The position numbers were made by a program, and so were the translations under genes. Shown here piece after piece: positions 11,249 through 20,539 of a DNA stretch of 64,000 nt. The notes below the pieces were generated by a model, which was not told the DNA's origin, did no database searches, and saw only the letters and a program-made list of their open reading frames with translations. The stretch lies in the sequence record PQ390715.1, one strand, 5' to 3'. Position 1 is the stretch's first letter. Each line of letters opens with the position of its first letter.

Positions 11249-12025
11249 TTAAAATCCTACACTACCAAAAACACGATCAATGATATCTAAACCTTGATTG
11301 ACATTTTCAGGTAAAAGTGAATTAATTCTGGTACTATACATTTCTTCAATATTATCAAATTGTATACAATTATCTGGTTTGATAGTCACTACCATTTCAA
11401 CTGGAGAACTTGAGCTATAATCTAATGAATCGTATGATATGTTTTGAATAACACATCCGGTTAAAACAAAGTATTCCATAACACCAGCACTGTTATATGA
11501 AGAACCACCAATAAATTGATCTACTGCATTTACTAAGCCAGAATTATTTGTTGCAGCAGTTGCAGCATCTACTAGAGTATCTCTTCCTAGATTTCCTAGT
11601 GTATCATCTGAGTTACGTCCACTCAACATCTGTATAACCAAACCAAATTTATAAGAACCATAATCTTGGTCACTTCTTGAAGTTATTCTGCGTTGAAAGT
11701 CAAGTTGTTTTTGTAATTGGCGTGATAATGCTTTTGCTGATGCATTACCAACTGAATCACGGATAGATATTGTAATTGGTTCCCAATCATGACTACCTAT
11801 ATAGGAAGTATTAGTAGTAAATTGATATAGTTTATGAGTACTAAATGTTACAGTAGGTCTATCAATTTTATCAACATCTAATGCGATGTGATCACGTTCA
11901 TCTATATCAGTACCGAAATTATACACAATAACACGAAACTTGTATTTTGCTTTCGGTTGTAGCATTGAACGATTACGCCCCGATGGTAAAGGAACGCCAT
12001 ATTTATTAATCATGTTATTTGCCAT
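11249..12025 (-). CDS. tail tube protein paralogue 2 (gp19-like)
   Basis: QPKAKYKFRV, W..IT..IRD motifs; clearly paralogous to 12121-12807. Confidence 0.75.
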   Translation of the reverse strand: MANNMINKYGVPLPSGRNRSMLQPKAKYKFRVIVYNFGTDIDERDHIALDVDKIDRPTVTFSTHKLYQFTTNTSYIGSHDWEPITISIRDSVGNASAKALSRQLQKQLDFQRRITSRSDQDYGSYKFGLVIQMLSGRNSDDTLGNLGRDTLVDAATAATNNSGLVNAVDQFIGGSSYNSAGVMEYFVLTGCVIQNISYDSLDYSSSSPVEMVVTIKPDNCIQFDNIEEMYSTRINSLLPENVNQGLDIIDRVFGSVGF

Positions 12026-12071
12026 AGCAACCTCTTTTTTATTTTATAAGGCATTATACTTTATTTAGCAT

Positions 12072-12099
12072 AAAAAAAGCCCCGAATAGATTCGAGGCT
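12072..12099 (-). terminator. Rho-independent terminator
   Basis: AGCCTCGAA/TTCGGGGCT stem plus T7 on minus. Confidence 0.85.
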
Positions 12100-12120
12100 A
12101 TATATTAAGTTTAAATAAAA

Positions 12121-12807
12121 TTAATTTTCGTAGAAGTTACTATCTGGTAGAGTAGTACTACTAATATTAGTTTGTGCACCAGAAATAGAGGTAGCAGTTG
12201 ATGGATTACCGAAGCCACTAACTTCATCACCGAACGCTTCGCCATTTGGACCCAATTTAGCACAACCATCTGGTTGAACAGTCATTGAAATAACTTGTGC
12301 TTCACTTGAGGAATAATCCCAATCACCAAAGTTACTGGATTCAATAAAGCAACCTTGACATACCCAAGTACTCAATGTTCCTTCAAACAAGTTTGTTGTA
12401 TTTTCACTATTAGAACCATCAAGCTCTTGAATCCACATTTCAAATTTAAATTGTGAATCTGTCATGCGAGATTCTTGACTGTAGTAGTTAAATTCTTTAC
12501 GCATTTGGTTGTATAGTGCTTTAGCAGAAGCATTACCTACAGAGTCACGGAAAGCAACATCAATTGTATCCCAAGTGTATTTCCCTTTGTAGTGTGCAGA
12601 ACTGTTGTAACTATGAACAGTGACGTTTTCATGTGATACAGATACTGCCCCAACTGTATTGGTGTCTAGTGTAATCATATTACCATCATCATTAGTACCA
12701 AAACCAAAGAAAATAACACGAAATTTGTATTTTGCTTTTGGTTGTTTCATAGAGATACGACCACCGCCAGCGAGCGGTACGCCATATCGATCAAGCATTG
12801 TAGCCAT
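12121..12807 (-). CDS. gp19: tail tube protein (gp19-like)
   Basis: Downstream of the sheath gene; QPKAKYKFRV, GKYTW, GCF......GDWDYSSS motifs. Confidence 0.8.
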   Translation of the reverse strand: MATMLDRYGVPLAGGGRISMKQPKAKYKFRVIFFGFGTNDDGNMITLDTNTVGAVSVSHENVTVHSYNSSAHYKGKYTWDTIDVAFRDSVGNASAKALYNQMRKEFNYYSQESRMTDSQFKFEMWIQELDGSNSENTTNLFEGTLSTWVCQGCFIESSNFGDWDYSSSEAQVISMTVQPDGCAKLGPNGEAFGDEVSGFGNPSTATSISGAQTNISSTTLPDSNFYEN

Positions 12808-12842
12808 TTATATTCTCCTATTATGGAATGACATCTTTATAT

Positions 12843-12850
12843 TATTTATC
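12843..12850 (-). promoter_or_regulatory. T4-type late promoter (TAAATA core)
   Basis: GATAAATA about 36 nt upstream of the tube gene; same core precedes other structural genes. Confidence 0.6.
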
Positions 12851-12867
12851 TATCTGGAAGTATATTT

Positions 12868-13123
12868 TTAATTAACTAAAGTGTCATCAACAGGGAACCA
12901 ATTAATATTAACACAATATAAGTATCTTTTTCGTTTAGTGTGGTCAATATAGTTTACTGATATAGACCATTTTCCATTTGTGTATACTTCGTATTTTTCA
13001 ATTATACCGACAATCTTCCAAATTTTTTAAAAATATATTTAGTATGTGTACTGATTCCAACTGAGTTAAAACTATTTTACTGACATCTTGTATTGTTTTT
13101 TTTAGTATTTCTTCCATATCCAT
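12868..13123 (-). pseudogene. small gene broken by a one-base excess (41-aa ORF, or 84 aa if corrected)
   Basis: AAAGGA RBS and ATG at 13123; span is 256 nt (85 codons plus 1); +1 frame is open after the A6 run at 13023-13028. Confidence 0.45.
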
Positions 13124-13170
13124 AATGTTCCTTTATAACATCAATATAAAGGTATTTAATTTTAATCAAT

Positions 13171-13196
13171 AAAAAAGGGAACCTTTTGGTTCCCTT
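13171..13196 (-). terminator. Rho-independent terminator
   Basis: AAGGGAACC/GGTTCCCTT stem plus T tract after the sheath gene. Confidence 0.85.
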
Positions 13197-13202
13197 AGTG
13201 TT

Positions 13203-15866
13203 TTATTGAGTTTTCTCGATACGGATTGGTACGTAAATGAAGTTAATACTCTTAGTTGGTTGAATTGCAATATCCATCCAAAGTTCATTACGGTCAATAC
13301 GCTCTGCGGTGTTGTTACTTTCATCACAAACCACTGCGAAGTTATAAAGACCCTGTTGTTGAACAATTTCAGCCAAGAAGCTATTAACTACACCACTAAA
13401 TTCCTGACGAGTACTTGGAGTATTCAAACGGAATAGGAATGGTTCGGAAATAATTTCTAGTTGACGACGAATATAAACAACTAAACGAGCAACGTTAACA
13501 CGACTTAGTGCAGAAGTTTGATTAGCAGATAGAGTTTTATCTCCATAAACAAGCAATCCACGGTTAGGACGCATTGCAATTGGGTTAATGTTGTTAGTAT
13601 ACATAACGTCACGTTGACCTTGGTTGTATACTACTGGTTGATATTCACCTTCGCTGTTGATAAAACCAGTACTTGCAGCGTTTGTTACAACACCACGAGT
13701 TGTACCAGCAGGTGGATACCATACATAACTAACACTATCACTGTATGCATATGTACGCATTGCAATAGTACTACCAGGAACTGCAACTTCTTCACCATCA
13801 ACGTTAGTACTTAGACACCAACCCATATACTGAGCAGCATAATCATAAGCAGTTGTACGACCAACTGAACCGTTGCTTGGTGCATTGTTAGCATTAGTAG
13901 CCCATTGTTGTACAGCACTACCGTTTCCGGTTGGATTCAAACGTGCTGGAACGTCAGTAACAATAAATGCAGTTTCTTTACGATCAGTGTTTAAAGTTAC
14001 ACATTCATCAAGTGTTTCAACGTAACCAGGTACACAAATTAGGTTAAAATCAATAAATTCAGAACGAATGTCATCATTACCAATAATAACAGCAGCTAGT
14101 GCTTCAACTACTAGTTGACGTTGTGCAGCACGACCAAATAGGCCAGCACCATCAAGACTTACACCACTAACAACTTCCCATTGACCATTAACCATTTTCT
14201 TAACAACACCTTCAGTGTTACCTAGGTCAACTGCAAGCATACCATTTTGATACAATGCCGCAGCAGGAACTTGGCTTGGGAAATTAAAGTCTTGGAAAAT
14301 CATACCATTTAGTGTACTTTGATCAGTACTGTCAAGTTTAACCCATTCACCATCAACGTTACGATAGAAATCATAACCATCAATGCCTTGAGACAAAGGA
14401 CAAACCCAAATTAAACGGTCAGCCGCTGGTTCATCAACTTGTACATATTTGTTTTCTTCTTGTACTAGATCCCATTGATCATTAGCAACATCAGCAACAT
14501 ACATAGTTACAGTTAGATTATCGGAGTTCCCGAAATCATACCAGAGAGTTCCTTCTTTTGCTACACTACGTGGTACTGAATAACTAACACGGAAGTTATT
14601 AACGTTAATTAGAGAGTAGTTGTTACTATCTACAGTTAGTTTTTGTAGTTCAGGTTCAGCAAAAATATCATCACCACTTTGTGTGATTTTGAAACTGTAA
14701 CCTTTTGTATTGGAAACAACTAAACCACCATTAGTTTCACGTTTAAATTTAAAACCATCGTTAATAATTTCAGCATTTGCATTTAGATTATTGATGATAG
14801 TTTGGGTATTAATAACACCGCCTTGTGGAACTGCTAGTACTTTAACTGATTTATTCAAATAAACAAAAGTCATATAACTATCAGCACCTGCTTGTTCAAT
14901 AATAGTTTCACCAAGTGGCAAAGCAGGAGCACTAATTGTTGTTAGTTTTGCACTTTGAATATAGAAAGAGAAACTCTTACTATCTTCATCAAAACGAGAT
15001 GCGATATAACTATTGTTTAGTACACCACTTTTCGCTTCAATTTCTTGGAATGAATTACCAGTATATGCTGGTACAATATTCCAAACTTGAGTTAGGGATG
15101 CATAACGTTTAATAACAAAACGAGTACCAAAATAGTTTGAACCATTTTGGGTGTAACCATCACGAATCCAAATGTTACCTTTTTCTACAGTTGAGCCAAC
15201 TGGAACTTTGTTAATTGGTGATAGATAAGTTTCCATTTGCACTAGCCCAGAAGCAGAACGTTTATACATTAGCATCTGACCATTGCTTGGTTTGTAACGT
15301 AGAACTAAATCATCAACATTTAAACCTACTAGACTTACATCTTCAACTTCTTCAGCACTTACAATAGTTACTGGCTTAAGTTGCCAATCATAAAAACTGC
15401 TTGGACTATCTTTCTTCGCTACATACGCTTCTACTTGTGATTGTGCGGTATCAAACCACAAAGTACCATTGGATACTGGGCCAGTTGGTGCTTCAGCACT
15501 TGGTGCTAGTTGTGCTAGATCGATATCAGCACGAATTACATATGCACGGTTAGTAATGCCTAGATAAGAATATACTGCATGTAGGCCATATTCGTTTAGT
15601 TCATCACCTTGAACAACAGAACCGTTATTCATTTGAAAAATTGGTGTACCATAGGTATCAAGTGAGCTTTTTTGTGATGTTAGAAGCTGTAGTTTTCCAG
15701 CGTTTGCTTTAGTAGTTCCCGCAGCTATTGCACTGCTTCCTGGGACAAGTTTGTCTTCAGCAGTAGCGATTACAAATAGTGGTACAGTGCCAGGAGCAGC
15801 AGCGGTACTCATACTTTCATCAGTTACTGAAATGGAAACGCCAGGTGAGAGTAGATCTCCTGCCAT
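13203..15866 (-). CDS. gp18: tail sheath protein
   Basis: N-terminal LLSPGVSISVTDES; C-terminal WYPPAGTTRG, GDKTL, ALSRVNVARL, CDESNNT, IQPTKSINFI motifs. Confidence 0.95.
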   Translation of the reverse strand: MAGDLLSPGVSISVTDESMSTAAAPGTVPLFVIATAEDKLVPGSSAIAAGTTKANAGKLQLLTSQKSSLDTYGTPIFQMNNGSVVQGDELNEYGLHAVYSYLGITNRAYVIRADIDLAQLAPSAEAPTGPVSNGTLWFDTAQSQVEAYVAKKDSPSSFYDWQLKPVTIVSAEEVEDVSLVGLNVDDLVLRYKPSNGQMLMYKRSASGLVQMETYLSPINKVPVGSTVEKGNIWIRDGYTQNGSNYFGTRFVIKRYASLTQVWNIVPAYTGNSFQEIEAKSGVLNNSYIASRFDEDSKSFSFYIQSAKLTTISAPALPLGETIIEQAGADSYMTFVYLNKSVKVLAVPQGGVINTQTIINNLNANAEIINDGFKFKRETNGGLVVSNTKGYSFKITQSGDDIFAEPELQKLTVDSNNYSLINVNNFRVSYSVPRSVAKEGTLWYDFGNSDNLTVTMYVADVANDQWDLVQEENKYVQVDEPAADRLIWVCPLSQGIDGYDFYRNVDGEWVKLDSTDQSTLNGMIFQDFNFPSQVPAAALYQNGMLAVDLGNTEGVVKKMVNGQWEVVSGVSLDGAGLFGRAAQRQLVVEALAAVIIGNDDIRSEFIDFNLICVPGYVETLDECVTLNTDRKETAFIVTDVPARLNPTGNGSAVQQWATNANNAPSNGSVGRTTAYDYAAQYMGWCLSTNVDGEEVAVPGSTIAMRTYAYSDSVSYVWYPPAGTTRGVVTNAASTGFINSEGEYQPVVYNQGQRDVMYTNNINPIAMRPNRGLLVYGDKTLSANQTSALSRVNVARLVVYIRRQLEIISEPFLFRLNTPSTRQEFSGVVNSFLAEIVQQQGLYNFAVVCDESNNTAERIDRNELWMDIAIQPTKSINFIYVPIRIEKTQ

Positions 15867-15916
15867 ATTAAATCCTCCAAAAATAATTGGTTATTCGAAA
15901 TATATTCGTATAGTCT

Positions 15917-15924
15917 TATTTATT
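15917..15924 (-). promoter_or_regulatory. T4-type late promoter
   Basis: AATAAATA upstream of the sheath gene. Confidence 0.6.
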
Positions 15925-15960
15925 GAAGGATTTAATTGTCCAGTCCTTATTGTTTATAAT

Positions 15961-16587
15961 TTATGTATTAGAATAAATAATGTCCATTGCTTTTTTATGT
16001 AAATCATCAATAGTACTGTTATTCTGTACAATTATATCAGGATTGTTTATGCCAATCCAAGCCCACTCAGATTCGTGTACTGTTTCTAGTTCAACTGGTT
16101 TAATATTAATATCCCCTTTATTATAAGAGGCCGCCAAACCATACCAATGTGGTAGAACACGTTGAACTTCAATAATAGTCCCATTTTGCGATCTAATCAT
16201 TTTTAATTCATTTGGAAAACGGCAATCAGTGATGATGATATTTCCATCTATTTCTTGCATTGATTTTTCTAAACTGAATACCCAAATATCATTATGAAAA
16301 TACTTACGCAAAATATTAGTACCATAATTCTGCAATACCCATCGAGGGGATACATCACTACGACCTAACTTATCACACCAGTACTGGTCCGGTTCTTCAC
16401 GAATCTTACGACTTTCCTTAGTTGAACCTTCAAGCATTTCACGATCCCATCCAAAAATAGCAGCAACGGAATCTTTAAGATTAGTTGCAAATGACATTCT
16501 GGTGTAACCATTATTAATAAAAGTTTCTCCAAAAGTATCTTTACCACTTCCAATAGTACCGTTAATTGCAATTATTTGTCTTTCCAT
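15961..16587 (-). CDS. gp1: deoxynucleoside monophosphate kinase (T4 gp1-like)
   Basis: P-loop GTIGSGKDT, SPRWVLQ.YGT, ITDCRFPNE, HESE. Confidence 0.9.
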   Translation of the reverse strand: MERQIIAINGTIGSGKDTFGETFINNGYTRMSFATNLKDSVAAIFGWDREMLEGSTKESRKIREEPDQYWCDKLGRSDVSPRWVLQNYGTNILRKYFHNDIWVFSLEKSMQEIDGNIIITDCRFPNELKMIRSQNGTIIEVQRVLPHWYGLAASYNKGDINIKPVELETVHESEWAWIGINNPDIIVQNNSTIDDLHKKAMDIIYSNT

Positions 16588-16605
16588 AATACTTCTCCAT
16601 GTATA

Positions 16606-16875
16606 TTATATAAGTACTACTAAATCCTTTCCTACTAAACATTCAAGGAATTGAACTATAAACTCGCTCCCATAATATATAGTAACATAAGTGATGTAGA
16701 ATGTTTCTCCATTATCATCACGACATATACTCGCCCACGCGTTTATTCGATCTCTACCGAAAACATCAACGATTGATTCTTTTAAAAATTTCCAGAATTT
16801 TTCTGTTGACTCATAATCTAATGTAGGTGCACCACAACTATATTTGTTATACATTGCATTTATGTTATTATTCAT
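16606..16875 (-). CDS. hypothetical protein
   Basis: ORF track; AGGA RBS; extended -10 TGATATAAT at about 16903. Confidence 0.7.
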   Translation of the reverse strand: MNNNINAMYNKYSCGAPTLDYESTEKFWKFLKESIVDVFGRDRINAWASICRDDNGETFYITYVTIYYGSEFIVQFLECLVGKDLVVLI

Positions 16876-16920
16876 GACAAGTTCCTTTAGATTAATAGTA
16901 TCATTATATCACATAATGTG

Positions 16921-16948
16921 AAAAAGACTCCATATAGGAGTCTTTTTT
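16921..16948. terminator. bidirectional-type terminator
   Basis: AAAAAGACTCC/GGAGTCTTTTT. Confidence 0.85.
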
Positions 16949-16951
16949 AAT

Positions 16952-17758
16952 TTAACCAATAATCATACCTAGTGGTTCAGCACCATCTTGATAACGTTTC
17001 AAACGCTCTTTAAGCTGTTCCTGAAGTTGTAATCCTTCATTACGTAATGTATCACCATCCATAGAAAACGTTCCCTGTGGACCTGGAAGAGAAGCAAATT
17101 TGGCACGGTTACGACCCAACATAATCATGGCTTCAGACAATGCCCAATCACGTAGCCAAGGATAACTTTGCTGTCTTTGAAACAACAATGGTTCAGGAAT
17201 ATTATGATATACGTGTAATAGTACTTCTTCAGTACCGCGAATATCACGATCTATAATTAATTTTTTGGTCATTGGGTTAAATTGAAATATAATATCACGA
17301 CCAAACATACGACCTACCAGTTCTTGGAACTGAAAACTAAAATCATATGTAGTTAGATCATATCCACCTGCATTTCGTGCTGAAGTCAATAAGTAAGTGT
17401 TGGTGAATGCTAGAGAAAACGGATCTACTGAGTTCCCACTACCAGAACTTAAGTAACCATTACCATAACGATAAATCTTTTTAACAATTTCAACTTCAGT
17501 TGGTAGCATATATACAGATTGTGAATCATAAAATTTCATATTTAAAAATGCTTCTTCTTTAGAAGCAGAACTCCACGCTCTGTAATTCGATACCGCATTA
17601 TCAATTGCAATTTCTAATTGACCATCAGTAATTTCTACCTCAACGGCCCCAGCACCCAACATTTGAGTGATAACATCTTTCAGTTTTTCACGATGGTCAA
17701 AGTTAGGAGCATCAGGGTTTCCACCCATATAATCGTAAGACATAAAAAAGCACCTCAT
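16952..17758 (-). CDS. gp13: neck protein (T4 gp13-like); start probably 17743
   Basis: LKDVITQMLGAGAVEVEITDGQLEIAID resembles the gp13 N-terminus; late-promoter core at 17775-17782. Confidence 0.7.
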   Translation of the reverse strand: MRCFFMSYDYMGGNPDAPNFDHREKLKDVITQMLGAGAVEVEITDGQLEIAIDNAVSNYRAWSSASKEEAFLNMKFYDSQSVYMLPTEVEIVKKIYRYGNGYLSSGSGNSVDPFSLAFTNTYLLTSARNAGGYDLTTYDFSFQFQELVGRMFGRDIIFQFNPMTKKLIIDRDIRGTEEVLLHVYHNIPEPLLFQRQQSYPWLRDWALSEAMIMLGRNRAKFASLPGPQGTFSMDGDTLRNEGLQLQEQLKERLKRYQDGAEPLGMIIG

Positions 17759-17793
17759 TAATGTTTATATACATTATTTAGAGGTGCTAATAG

Positions 17794-18012
17794 TTATTTT
17801 GAATTATACAAGCAGTACAGGTATACCAATGGAGTAAAATGCTCGGAATCTATTATATATATTAACTGAGTAACATATATTCCATATAGATCTCGTGATT
17901 TATCTCTGTACATTAACAATGATTTATTTAAGTAAGGATCAACCCAGTACTTAATATCATTGTACTTCAACGTGTTATTACGGTAACCTGACAGTTTCGA
18001 ATTTTTATTCAA
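17794..18012 (-). CDS. hypothetical protein
   Basis: ORF track; overlaps upstream stop. Confidence 0.55.
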   Translation of the reverse strand: MNKNSKLSGYRNNTLKYNDIKYWVDPYLNKSLLMYRDKSRDLYGIYVTQLIYIIDSEHFTPLVYLYCLYNSK

Positions 18013-18382
18013 TTTTCTTACAATTACTCAGTAAGTGAATGATATCATCAGCAGTGAATGGTCCCAATACCAGAACTTCTTCACCATTACCGAAAATGCT
18101 CAATGGTACTGATTGCTGACCAGCTAGATATTCAATTTGTTCCAGTTCGAAAATGTCATCAGCAGCATAAACTACCTGCTCCATTTCATTATCTTTAATC
18201 CATGACTGCCAATGTTCTTTAAACTTCTTAGCTTCGTATTCTTGAACATAGTTAGGTGATTCAGGGTTGTATTGATGTAACATAGTCATCCCAGCCATTA
18301 CTAATTCTTTAGGGGATGGTGTAGAATCTTTCAGTACTACGATAGCTTGGATAGTTTTTACTTTAACGTCATTAGCAGCCAT
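18005..18382 (-). CDS. degenerate peptidyl-tRNA hydrolase 2 (Pth2)-like protein
   Basis: QAIVVLKD start, W..W....EQVVY, C-terminal VLVLGP....I..L...KKI follow the Pth2 layout; DAGxT loop absent. Confidence 0.45.
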   Translation of the reverse strand: MAANDVKVKTIQAIVVLKDSTPSPKELVMAGMTMLHQYNPESPNYVQEYEAKKFKEHWQSWIKDNEMEQVVYAADDIFELEQIEYLAGQQSVPLSIFGNGEEVLVLGPFTADDIIHLLSNCKKIE

Positions 18383-18394
18383 TATATACCTCTA

Positions 18395-18712
18395 TTATAG
18401 AATGATTTTATTCTCAGGAACGAAAACTTTTGGAGTGTTTTCGATTGCTTTAATAGCATCAACATAAGCATCAACTAATGCAGGGTTTGCATCACTAACA
18501 CTAATAATGTTGGATTTATAAAAAATAACATTTTTCTCCATACTAACAAACTCTAGATAATCACGAAGAATGATTTCACCATTTTCGTCAGTCCCTAGTT
18601 GTGCTGGGTAGTTAACTACAACAGCTTCAGCAGAATCGGTTTGTAGAACTGCTAGTACTGGGCCAATGTTATTGATGTTTAGTAGTTTAACGGTCATAGT
18701 CATTTTTGTCAA
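18395..18712 (-). CDS. small beta-rich protein, possible Sm-like fold
   Basis: Pattern similar to small Sm-like proteins of T4-like phages, by eye. Confidence 0.4.
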   Translation of the reverse strand: MTKMTMTVKLLNINNIGPVLAVLQTDSAEAVVVNYPAQLGTDENGEIILRDYLEFVSMEKNVIFYKSNIISVSDANPALVDAYVDAIKAIENTPKVFVPENKIIL

Positions 18713-18722
18713 GTCCTTTTGT

Positions 18723-19199
18723 TTATTTTAGAATGTATAAGTGTTTTTCTGCATTGACCAGTCGGTGATCAATGATTTCTTTGATAACGTTCCAGTTACC
18801 GCCGCCCAAATCGGCTCCAATTTTCGGGAAGTGTACATGAACATCTCGATCAACTTTACAAAAATAATTTAGATGTTTGAACACATCGTCGATTGCATCA
18901 TAACTGACATATTTAGCACCGTCATTACCGTACATTTTTTGGGTAATACAGTTTGCAATAATCAAATTATCGTTAATTGCTGAATATGCAATTTGTCCAA
19001 TTCTAAGAAATCCCATTTCCTTTTCATATGCTTTATAATCATCATATGCCATTGGGTAACGATTTCTTAGCTCTTTTGCAAAACCTGAACCCATTTTACC
19101 CTGTGCGTTACAACCATGAGCAATTATATGTATTGCTGTTTTATCATCTGTAACAGTACTGAATAATTCAAACAGATTACCTCGGTGTTCATGAATCAT
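18723..19199 (-). CDS. macrodomain (ADP-ribose binding/hydrolase; T4 Tk.4-like)
   Basis: IAHGCNAQGKMGSGFA and FPKIGADLGGGNW motifs. Confidence 0.85.
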   Translation of the reverse strand: MIHEHRGNLFELFSTVTDDKTAIHIIAHGCNAQGKMGSGFAKELRNRYPMAYDDYKAYEKEMGFLRIGQIAYSAINDNLIIANCITQKMYGNDGAKYVSYDAIDDVFKHLNYFCKVDRDVHVHFPKIGADLGGGNWNVIKEIIDHRLVNAEKHLYILK

Positions 19200-19248
19200 T
19201 ATATTCTCCGAAAAGAAAGGACTCTGTGATCAGAGTCCTTATTTTAAA

Positions 19249-19506
19249 TTATTCTTCTTCACCGAAACGGATTTTCTTTAATTCTTTTCGATGCTTTCTA
19301 GCTATTGTACTTTTGTGAAGTCTATTACTGCGTTTTGTGTCTTTTGTAATGTACCATGAATCTTCTGGTGCATCATAATCACAAAATCCATCTTCCGTAA
19401 TTGTTCCTAAAAATGCAGATTTTTTAGGAATATTAGTTTGAGCTTTAGCCTGAAATTGACCTTTTGCTAATTGTTCACGAAAACTGAGCATAATAGTATC
19501 TCCCAA
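19249..19506 (-). CDS. small basic hypothetical protein
   Basis: ORF track; start probably at MLSF after GGAG. Confidence 0.65.
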   Translation of the reverse strand: MGDTIMLSFREQLAKGQFQAKAQTNIPKKSAFLGTITEDGFCDYDAPEDSWYITKDTKRSNRLHKSTIARKHRKELKKIRFGEEE

Positions 19507-19537
19507 ATTGTTAAGAAGAACTTTTTGTTCTTCACAT

Positions 19538-19789
19538 TTATTTAGGGTTGCCAGAAACCTTCACATATTTGATAAATGCCAAAATATCATCTTTACTAAA
19601 AGATTTTACAATAAATTCGACAGCGGAATCATACTGTTCTTGTTTAGATAGATATTCTTTCATCTTGTTAATTTTAATCTGGGCTTTTTCTTTAGCTATT
19701 GAAATATCAGGAATTTTGAACTCTACTCCCAACGTATCAGCTAGTTGTTTTGCACGAGATGATACTTTTTCAATATCCATTAGTTCCAA
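19538..19789 (-). CDS. hypothetical protein
   Basis: ORF track. Confidence 0.65.
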   Translation of the reverse strand: MELMDIEKVSSRAKQLADTLGVEFKIPDISIAKEKAQIKINKMKEYLSKQEQYDSAVEFIVKSFSKDDILAFIKYVKVSGNPK

Positions 19790-20028
19790 CGACCTTCTTT
19801 AAGACCTTCAATAAACCCAGTACAACCACCTGGTACATAAATGTCATTTACGAAAATTTGAGGAACTTGACGAACTGGTTCACCACAAATTTCAGACAGT
19901 TTTGAACCATCGATACCTTCAGCAACAATATCTACAAACTCCATTTCAAATTTATTTTGTTCACATACAGCTTTTGCAGTGTCGCAAAATTTACAACCAG
20001 TCTTGCGACCATAAATTTTAACTTTCAT
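19780..20028 (-). CDS. glutaredoxin (NrdC-like)
   Basis: CKFC active site, VPQIF, GG motif. Confidence 0.9.
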   Translation of the reverse strand: MKVKIYGRKTGCKFCDTAKAVCEQNKFEMEFVDIVAEGIDGSKLSEICGEPVRQVPQIFVNDIYVPGGCTGFIEGLKEGRWN

Positions 20029-20029
20029 G

Positions 20030-20462
20030 TTATTTCCTTCTATTTCTTTGAAAAGCTTTAACAGCTTTAATAATACTGTTACACATTCGTTCAGTCAAAT
20101 ACTTTTGACATTCTCGTACATCAATGTACATGAACTTATCCAATTCTGGATGACTCTTACCATATCTATTAGTGTAAGTACTTTTACAAACTAATTCATC
20201 TGGTATTGGTTTGTCTTTGGCAGTATAAAAGAAAAGTACTAACCTTTTTCCCTTTCTATAGGATACATCACCAAGAAACAGAAGATCATCTTCATCGATT
20301 TCGTATCCTGTCTCTTCGAAACATTCACGTACAGCAGCTTCTTTGAAAGTTTCATTACCCTCAGCTTTCCCTTTAGGTAAATCCCAATGATTCTGTCCGT
20401 GTTGTATGTCCGATAAGTATCTGACCATCACGATAAAATATTATACCACAACTATAACGCAT
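20030..20462 (-). CDS. Nudix hydrolase; true start at 20462 is out of frame by one extra base at about 20399
   Basis: Nudix box GKAEGNETFKEAAVRECFEETG; upstream frame reads MRYSCGIIFYRDGQILIGHTT and joins GQNHWDLPKG if one C is skipped. Confidence 0.85.
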
Positions 20463-20503
20463 ATCTTATCTCTTTGTCATCAATCGATGTTCAGATACTA
20501 ATA

Positions 20504-20532
20504 ATTATATCAGTTATTGGTTTTTTGTCCCA
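20504..20532 (-). promoter_or_regulatory. GGGACA-class promoter
   Basis: TGGGACA, N16 spacer ending TGA, TATAAT. Confidence 0.65.
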
Positions 20533-20539
20533 CTATTTT

